Source: an uncultured Gemmatimonadales bacterium
GTDB lineage: Bacteria; Gemmatimonadota; Gemmatimonadetes; Gemmatimonadales; GWC2-71-9
Direction: 5' to 3'
DNA: 64,000 bases
Assembly (NCBI GenBank): GCA_963825055.1
Contig: CAWGSK010000018.1
Location: 1-64,000 of the forward strand
The translations under genes and the position numbers were made by a program. The notes under the pieces are model-generated. The model had not been told where the DNA came from and ran no database searches. It was given only the letters and a program-made list of their open reading frames with translations. Shown here in pieces: positions 57,879 through 64,000 of this stretch (position 1 is its first letter; each line of letters starts with the position of its first letter).

Positions 57879-59248
57879 GCCAGAAACCATCCGTACTGGT
57901 CATCGACGACGAATCCGGCATCCTGGATACGCTGCGGATCCTCCTCAAGAAGGAAGGATTCGAGGTGACCACGGCACAGGGCGGAAAGGCCGGACTGGAG
58001 GCAATCACGTCCGGCACGCACGACATCATCCTGACCGACGTGCGGATGCCGCAGGTCACCGGACTGGATATCCTGCAGGCCGCCCGGGACCAGGATCCGA
58101 TGACCCCCGTCATTCTCATGACGGCACAGGCCTCACTCCAGACCGCCATCGGGGCCGTCAACGCCGGCGCGTTCTATTACATCCAGAAGCCGTTCGCCAA
58201 TGACGAGCTCGTCGCCATCCTCCGGCGGGCCGGCGACTATCGGGCCGTCAAGGTTGAAAACAAGCACCTGAAGACCGAGATCCGCCGCCGGGAGGGTGAC
58301 GAGTTCACGCGTCCCATCGGCAAGTCCAGGCGCTTCATGGAAATGCTCAGGCTTGCGGAGCAGGTCGCGCCGACAGACTCGACGGTGCTGATTCAGGGTG
58401 AAAGCGGCACGGGAAAGGAAGTCATCGCCAAGCACATCCACAGCCTCTCGAATCGGGCCGACGGGCCGTTCCTCTCCATCAACTGCGGCGCCCTGCCGGA
58501 AAACCTCCTTGAGAGCGAGCTCTTCGGACACGTGAAGGGGAGCTTCACCGGCGCGGTCCGGGACAAGCAGGGACTGTTCGCCGCCGCGCGCAGCGGCAGC
58601 TTTTTCCTTGACGAAGTCGGCGAGATGACGCCGGGTCTCCAGACCAAGCTCCTCAGGGTACTGCAGGAGCGGGAAGCGATCCCGGTCGGCGCGACCGAGG
58701 CGATTCCCGTGGATGTCCGGATCATCGCCGCCACTAACCGCGACCTCGAGGAGGAGATGCGGCGGGGGACCTTCCGATCCGACCTCTTCTACCGCCTGAA
58801 CGTCATCGCCATCGACCTTCCACCGCTCCGGGACCGGCGGGAGGACATCCTGTCGCTCATGGAGAACTTCCTCCTCCGTCTGGCGGATGGCGGGGAGCCA
58901 AAGGTGTTGAGTTCCGAGGCGCTCGATGCGGTGATGGTCTATGACTGGCCGGGCAACGTGCGGGAACTGGAGAATGCGCTCGAGCACGCCGAGGTCCTGA
59001 CCCGCGGCAACACCATTGAGCCATCGGCCCTCCCGGAGCGGATTACCAAGCGGCGAAAGGAGCCGCTGGTCTCGGAGCGGTCCTATGAGAACCCCACCCT
59101 CGAAATCATCGAGCGGGCCTACATCATGTGGGTGCTGCAGGCGGAGGGGGGGAACAAGACCCGGGCGGCGGAGGTCCTGGGGATCGATCCGTCGACGTTG
59201 TACCGGAAGCTGAGCCGGTACGAGGAGTCCGGCGCGAAGGCGGAGTAG
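57875..59248 (+). CDS. pilR: PilR-like sigma-54 response regulator
   Basis: Receiver IDDE/TD/KP; GESGTGKE; ELFGHVKGSFTGA; FLDEV; DLFYRLNV; WPGNVREL; Fis HTH. Confidence 0.88.
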   Translation: MSQKPSVLVIDDESGILDTLRILLKKEGFEVTTAQGGKAGLEAITSGTHDIILTDVRMPQVTGLDILQAARDQDPMTPVILMTAQASLQTAIGAVNAGAFYYIQKPFANDELVAILRRAGDYRAVKVENKHLKTEIRRREGDEFTRPIGKSRRFMEMLRLAEQVAPTDSTVLIQGESGTGKEVIAKHIHSLSNRADGPFLSINCGALPENLLESELFGHVKGSFTGAVRDKQGLFAAARSGSFFLDEVGEMTPGLQTKLLRVLQEREAIPVGATEAIPVDVRIIAATNRDLEEEMRRGTFRSDLFYRLNVIAIDLPPLRDRREDILSLMENFLLRLADGGEPKVLSSEALDAVMVYDWPGNVRELENALEHAEVLTRGNTIEPSALPERITKRRKEPLVSERSYENPTLEIIERAYIMWVLQAEGGNKTRAAEVLGIDPSTLYRKLSRYEESGAKAE

Positions 59249-59252
59249 CCGG

Positions 59253-59472
59253 GATCGAGAGGTCGAGGAGTCGAAAGGTCGAGGGGGTGACGGGGAACGT
59301 TGCCCCTGTGCGGTTTCTTGCGCAGATCCGCGCGTACCGGGTTAGAACCCAAATCCCTTCCCGCCGTAATCTTTTATCAGGATCAGGCACCCAGATTTGC
59401 CATCTCCCAGTCGGGCGACCGCCCCCGACGGGTTGCCCCGGCGCCCCCGACCCCTCGACTTTTCGATCTTCT
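59253..59472. repeat. Facing 8-mer arrays (GTCGARRR)n ... (TCGAYYYY)n enclosing part of the pilA upstream region
   Basis: tcgagagg tcgaggag tcgaaagg tcgagggg at ~59255-59290; ccgacccc tcgacttt tcgatctt at ~59447-59470. Confidence 0.65.
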
Positions 59473-59587
59473 GGCGGTTTTCTCTCGCAAAATCCCCCGG
59501 ACCGCACCGGCAGGAGGGCGCAACAAGGCGCAGTCATCAACTGGTAACTTGTTAATCGGCAATGGTTTATGCCTGACAGCCTGGACA

Positions 59588-59603
59588 TGGCATACGTGTT
59601 GCT
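59588..59603 (+). promoter_or_regulatory. Sigma-54 (-24/-12) promoter of pilA
   Basis: TGGCAT-ACGTG-TTGCT matches TGGCAC-N5-TTGCW with exact GG-N10-GC spacing, ~80 nt before the pilA ATG. Confidence 0.85.
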
Positions 59604-59681
59604 TTCACTGAGCCCGGAAGTCGGAGCGTGCAGTATCGCCGGACAATGCCGGTCGTTCACTCAACTCGAAGGAGCAGCACA

Positions 59682-60104
59682 ATGAACCGCAAGGGTTTCA
59701 CCCTCATCGAACTTCTGATCGTTGTGGTGATCATCGGCATCCTGGCCGCGATCGCGATTCCGAAGTTCAGCAATACCAAGCAGAAGGCCGTTCTCGCGTC
59801 GATGAAGTCCGACCTGCGCAATTTCGTGACCGCGCAGGAAGCCTTCTTCAGCGACAACAATGACTACGCCGGCAACATCGGCCCCGCGCAGATCAACGGC
59901 GTCGGTGGCGCGGGTACCGTCGCCTTCACGCCGACCATCGGCAACGCCTTCGTGCCTACGTGGATCAGCGCCGCCGGCTTCAGCGCGGTTGTGACGAACC
60001 CGGCCGTGACGGGCGTTCCGTCGAGCTGCGGTGTCTACATCGGTGTCCCGGCCAACGCGCCGAACGCCGCTGTGGTGCAGGAAGGTGCCCCGGGCTGCTG
60101 GTAA
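59682..60104 (+). CDS. pilA: Type IVa major pilin
   Basis: MNRKG/FTLIELLIVVVIIGILAAIAIP class III signal with E5; C-terminal Cys pair; AAGGAG RBS. Confidence 0.92.
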   Translation: MNRKGFTLIELLIVVVIIGILAAIAIPKFSNTKQKAVLASMKSDLRNFVTAQEAFFSDNNDYAGNIGPAQINGVGGAGTVAFTPTIGNAFVPTWISAAGFSAVVTNPAVTGVPSSCGVYIGVPANAPNAAVVQEGAPGCW

Positions 60105-60134
60105 GCCCGGGCAGTTGATCCAAGGCAGTCCGGG

Positions 60135-60171
60135 CGGGCGGCGGAGAGACTCTTCCGCCGCCCGTTCCCTT
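60135..60171 (+). terminator. Hairpin terminator after pilA
   Basis: cgggcggcgga-gagactct-tccgccgcccg followed by ttccctt. Confidence 0.6.
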
Positions 60172-60231
60172 GCCTCCGCACATCGCACTACCCCGGTCCC
60201 CCCTGACCGGTCAGCCAGGAAAGGCAGATCC

Positions 60232-61491
60232 GTGCGCTTGCTGGTCCTCAGTGCCGACCAGGCACTCATCGAGCTGCTCCGTGGGACTTTCGGCCAGGCC
60301 GATACCCGCGTGCTCGACCCCACCGAAGCCGATCTCGCGCGACGCGCGGCCGGCATGAAGGATGTGGACGCCGTCGTGGCCGACCTGGCCGGCGGGGCGG
60401 CCGCATTCCTCGGGGAATGGCATGCAGCGGGTGGACGGGCCGCCATCCTGGTGGTCCAGCAGGCCGGCGACCGTCCCGGGCCCGACTCGGCCGACATTCC
60501 TCTCGATTATCTCCCGCGGCCCGTTTCGGCGGAGCTGCTGGCCTTCCGCCTGCGGCGCCTGCAGGACGCCGCCCGGGCACGCCGGGACGTCCGGGATCTG
60601 CGCTCGCGGCTCGCGGCACAGGAGCAGAGCGGACGCTTTATCGCGGAATCGCCCGTAACCAGGCAGTCGCTTGACCGGGCGCGGATTCTCGCCGGTACGG
60701 AGGGTGACGTGCTGATCGTTGCCGAATCCGGGGCCGGCAAGCATGCCCTGGCCGCCCAGATTCATGCCCTGGGCCCGGAGCGCGAAGGGCCCATGCTCTC
60801 CCTGCCGAACGGGGGCGAACCCGAACTGATCGAGTCGCTGCTCTTCGGTAACGGCAAGGGCGCCGAGGCGGGCCTGACCCGCCAGGTTGCAGGGGGATCC
60901 CTGCTGCTGGAGGAACTCTCGGCCATTCCCGGCGAGCTGCTGGCGCGGCTGGCGCAGGATCGTGACCGCAACGGCCACGCCTTCCGCCTCATCGCCCTCA
61001 CAGACCGTGAACCTGCCCCGGAGCACTTTGGCCAGCCCGCCGCCCGACGGCTGGTGGACGAACTGCTCCGTCGCGAAGTCCAGCTTCCGCCCGTCCGGCA
61101 GCGTCGCGAAGACATCCCGGCCCTTCTGGCCTGGTTTGCCCAGCAGGCGGCCCAGCGGCACGGCCGGGCGGTCAGCATCTCACCGGATGCGCTGGCGCTC
61201 CTGACGGTCTATCCATGGCCCGGCAATGTGCGCGAACTGCGGCAGGCCGTTGAGCGTGCAGCGGGCGTCGCCATCGGCCGGCCGCTCGAGTACGCCGACT
61301 TCGGGTTGATCGCGACCCACGAGGCCGCCGGGGTCAGCCTCAAGGCCCAGGTGGAAGCGTTCGAGCGCCAGGTCATCGCCCAGGTACTGGAGACGGCCAG
61401 CGGCAGCCGGCGTGAGACGGCTCGCATGCTTGGTATCAGCCTGCGTACGCTGTTTTACAAGATTCGGCGGTACAGTCTGGACGGGAAATAG
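60232..61491 (+). CDS. Degenerate NtrC-like (sigma-54 activator-like) regulator lacking GAFTGA
   Basis: AESGAGK, ESLLFGNGKGAEAG, LLLEEL, RQRREDIP, YPWPGNVREL, intact Fis HTH. Confidence 0.8.
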   Translation: MRLLVLSADQALIELLRGTFGQADTRVLDPTEADLARRAAGMKDVDAVVADLAGGAAAFLGEWHAAGGRAAILVVQQAGDRPGPDSADIPLDYLPRPVSAELLAFRLRRLQDAARARRDVRDLRSRLAAQEQSGRFIAESPVTRQSLDRARILAGTEGDVLIVAESGAGKHALAAQIHALGPEREGPMLSLPNGGEPELIESLLFGNGKGAEAGLTRQVAGGSLLLEELSAIPGELLARLAQDRDRNGHAFRLIALTDREPAPEHFGQPAARRLVDELLRREVQLPPVRQRREDIPALLAWFAQQAAQRHGRAVSISPDALALLTVYPWPGNVRELRQAVERAAGVAIGRPLEYADFGLIATHEAAGVSLKAQVEAFERQVIAQVLETASGSRRETARMLGISLRTLFYKIRRYSLDGK

Positions 61492-61592
61492 GTCGAGAGG
61501 TCGAGAGGTCGAGAGGTCGAGGGGTCGCGGGGTCGCGGAGTGAGTCGAACCTGAGCAACGATTCAACGATTCAACGACTCAACCACTCAACG
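61491..61592. repeat. 8-mer arrays (GGTCGAGA)n and (CAACGAYT)n
   Basis: ggtcgaga x3 then ggtcgcgg units; caacgatt caacgatt caacgact caaccact. Confidence 0.75.
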
Positions 61593-61680
61593 CTTTTCAC
61601 CCCCTCTTCGCACGATTCCGGTCCCACACGGATCCCGGTCCGTTCCTATCCTCGGTGAGAACATTCACCGGGGATTTTTC

Positions 61681-62037
61681 ATGGGTTCCTCCCGCGGGTT
61701 TTCGCTGGTCGAGATCATCGTCGCCCTGAGCATTCTCAGCCTGGCCCTCGTGCCGCTGATGAGCGGGACGCGGGGCGAGGTGGCCATGAACGGGGCCGGG
61801 CTGCTCAGCGGCCGCATGGCGCTGAGCGCCGCTTCCGCCCTGGACCGCGCGCGGCTGGCGAGGAGCGGCCCGGCCTGTCTCACGGTCGTCGGGGGCACCG
61901 TGAACCGGAATCGTGTCCTGCTCCATACGAGCGCCATGCCCACCGCCGGGAGGATCGATCTCGCAGTCTCCCTCTCGGCTGTTCTCCCCGGGCAGACCCT
62001 CACCGATTCGCTGACGGTCCGGCTCAGGTGCAACTGA
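61681..62037 (+). CDS. Minor pilin (PilV-like)
   Basis: RG/FSLVEIIVALSIL prepilin motif. Confidence 0.8.
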   Translation: MGSSRGFSLVEIIVALSILSLALVPLMSGTRGEVAMNGAGLLSGRMALSAASALDRARLARSGPACLTVVGGTVNRNRVLLHTSAMPTAGRIDLAVSLSAVLPGQTLTDSLTVRLRCN

Positions 62038-62843
62038 TGACGGGATGGCGCGGGTTCTCCCTGATTGAACTCCTGGTCGCAATGGTCGTTGCCGGAATCG
62101 TCGCCTTGGCGGGATGGCGGGTCATGATCCGGGCAACCACCGGTGCCTCCGCGCGCCATGCCGGAATCGCGCGGGAGGCCACGCTCCGAACCAGTGCCCT
62201 CTTTCTCGCCCATGAACTGCGCGGACTCGGCTCGCGGAATGACACCGCGGACCTGCTGGCCTTCGCGCCGGAGTCGCTGACGTATCGCGCCACGCGAGGC
62301 GCCGGCGTCGTATGCGGAAGCTCGGTCGGGGGCATCCTGGTAGAGCGGGACCGGTTCTTCGGGTTCCGGATCCCTCAGGCGGGGCGTGACAGCGTGGCAC
62401 TGTTCGAGCCGGCCACCGGTAGCTGGCGGGCGGGCCCGATTACCTCGGTGGCGCCGGGGAATTGCGGTGGACGGCCGGCGCTCCTCCTGGGCGGGCCGCT
62501 GGACAGCGCCTCAACCGGTACACCGGTCATCACCTGGGAAATCATGCAGGTCCGGCTGTATCGCAGCACGGACTGGCAGCTTGGTGCCCGTTCATTGAGC
62601 GCGGGAGAAACGACCCAGCCCGTGGCCGGGCCACTCTCGCCGGGAGGGCTGGTGCTCACCGGACGGGACTCCGGCGGCGGCCTGGCAACCTTCCACGAGT
62701 CGATCGCCGGTATTGGCGTGGTTCTCCGGGCTCCTCTCGCGCGTCCCGAACGCTCAGCGGCGGGGGAGGGACTTCGGTCGGTAACGGACGACAGCCTCGA
62801 GACGTTCGTCACCTTCCGCAACCGCGCAGGTGGATGGCCGTGA
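62037..62843 (+). CDS. Minor pilin (PilW-like)
   Basis: RG/FSLIELLVAMVV; L..ELR.LG; TGATG coupling to upstream gene. Confidence 0.8.
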   Translation: MTGWRGFSLIELLVAMVVAGIVALAGWRVMIRATTGASARHAGIAREATLRTSALFLAHELRGLGSRNDTADLLAFAPESLTYRATRGAGVVCGSSVGGILVERDRFFGFRIPQAGRDSVALFEPATGSWRAGPITSVAPGNCGGRPALLLGGPLDSASTGTPVITWEIMQVRLYRSTDWQLGARSLSAGETTQPVAGPLSPGGLVLTGRDSGGGLATFHESIAGIGVVLRAPLARPERSAAGEGLRSVTDDSLETFVTFRNRAGGWP

Positions 62844-63940
62844 ACAGCCATGATGACCGTCGGGGTTTCGCGCTCCTCCTGACCCTCCTGGTACTGGCCG
62901 TGCTCTCCGTACTACTGGCAGGCGGCTTCTTCCTGGCCAGGCTCGAGCTGGCGGCCGGCCGGGGGCTGGCAGCGTCCACCCGGGCCCTGAGCAGGGCGGA
63001 GCAGGGCCTCGACGCGGTGCTGTCCCCGTGGGATCCAAGCTTCGACAGCCTGCCGGCGCTGGTGGACACGATACTGACCAGCGGGAACGCCGGTCCCCGG
63101 CTTCTCGAGCGCCGCACGCTCACCCGTCTCATGGAACGAGTGTTTCTCCTGCGCAGCGAGGCGATCGTGACGGGCCCCTCGGGAGATACGCTCGCGCGGC
63201 GGGAGGTCGCGGCCTTCGTGCACGCTCCCCCACTTCTCCCCGATATCAGGGCGGCCTTGAGCGCGGTGGACTCCGTCACGCTCTCCTCGACGGCGCGCCT
63301 GTCCGGGATCGACACCGTGCCGGCATGGCCCGGCTGCGGCCCGCCCGACTCTGCCGTGGCAGCCCTTCTCCTCCGTGACACGACCCTCGCCGGTGGAACC
63401 TCGTGTCCCACCTGCCTGACGGGCTCTCCCCGGATCAGGGAAGACACCATGTTTTCCCCTGGCGCCCTGGACCGGTTGGGGCTTATGCGTGCGAGCCTGC
63501 TGGCCCGCCAGGCCGACCTCCTCGCATCGGGGGCAGTGACGCCTCTCCCGGTGGCGAGCGCCTCCGTCTGCGCCGCCTCCGCCCCGGGCAATTGGGGTGA
63601 TCCGGGTGGTGGTCCGTGCGGCGGATGGTACCCGGTCATCCATGCGCCGGGAGACATCGTAATCGTCGGGGGAACAGGGCAGGGAGTGCTCATTGTCGAT
63701 GGTGACCTCACCCTGGGCGGTGGGGCCGTGTTCGCCGGCCTGGTCGTGGTGCGCGGGCGGGTATCCGCTGGGGCTGGCGGAGGTCTGGTCCTTGGGGCCA
63801 TCCGGGCCGGCGCGGCGGATCTCCAGACGCCATCCGGCATCCTGAAAATCGCCTATTCCACATGCGTTTTGCGCCGAGTCCTGGCGGCGGCGGCCCGTCC
63901 GATACCCCTTCCCGGGCACTGGTGGATCGAGGTGCCCTGA
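62834..63940 (+). CDS. Minor pilin (PilX-like)
   Basis: RRG/FALLLTLLV lacking E5 (typical of PilX/GspK); A...AE.GL; C-terminal GQGVLIVDGDL...F.GLVVVRG beta-repeat. Confidence 0.78.
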   Translation: MAVNSHDDRRGFALLLTLLVLAVLSVLLAGGFFLARLELAAGRGLAASTRALSRAEQGLDAVLSPWDPSFDSLPALVDTILTSGNAGPRLLERRTLTRLMERVFLLRSEAIVTGPSGDTLARREVAAFVHAPPLLPDIRAALSAVDSVTLSSTARLSGIDTVPAWPGCGPPDSAVAALLLRDTTLAGGTSCPTCLTGSPRIREDTMFSPGALDRLGLMRASLLARQADLLASGAVTPLPVASASVCAASAPGNWGDPGGGPCGGWYPVIHAPGDIVIVGGTGQGVLIVDGDLTLGGGAVFAGLVVVRGRVSAGAGGGLVLGAIRAGAADLQTPSGILKIAYSTCVLRRVLAAAARPIPLPGHWWIEVP

Positions 63941-64000
63941 GCTTCCCGCAGGGATTGGTGGCTCCGTACGCCGATTATGCCGGCTTCCCGGGACCGAATG

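Noticed and set aside
56184..57890. 568-aa - strand ORF
   Set aside because: Antisense shadow of pilS.

Overview
A high-GC bacterial chromosomal segment with about 60 CDS. The gene content is most consistent with Gemmatimonadota/FCB superphylum (inference from PorV, T9SS-like CTD and GWxTD genes and the pilin style). From left to right: (1) a sugar-utilisation region (1-14347) with a GalK/GalNAc-kinase-like enzyme, SSS symporter, nucleotidyltransferase, TIM-barrel isomerase, GMC oxidoreductase plus Tat subunit, two Gfo/Idh/MocA enzymes, GH20 hexosaminidase, MFS permease and DUF1080; (2) mixed housekeeping/accessory genes including an ECF sigma-Ser/Thr kinase pair, M20/M28 peptidases, UPF0182 with a highly structured 5' intergenic region, AraC regulators, a cupredoxin lipoprotein and gnd-pgl; (3) the most interesting locus (41418-52343): pseudo-receiver OmpR regulator, TonB-dependent receptor, 1305-aa protein with a T9SS-like C-terminal domain, PorV-family barrel and GWxTD protein, with a codon-style switch across the CTD+PorV block; (4) a frameshifted esterase and a GIY-YIG/DUF2461 fusion; (5) a type IV pilus locus (pilS-pilR, sigma54 promoter, pilA, a GAFTGA-less enhancer-binding protein, minor pilins). 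Many intergenic spaces carry facing 7-8 bp tandem arrays. I saw no rRNA, tRNA, CRISPR array, transposase or integrase. All family calls are by motif recognition, not database search.
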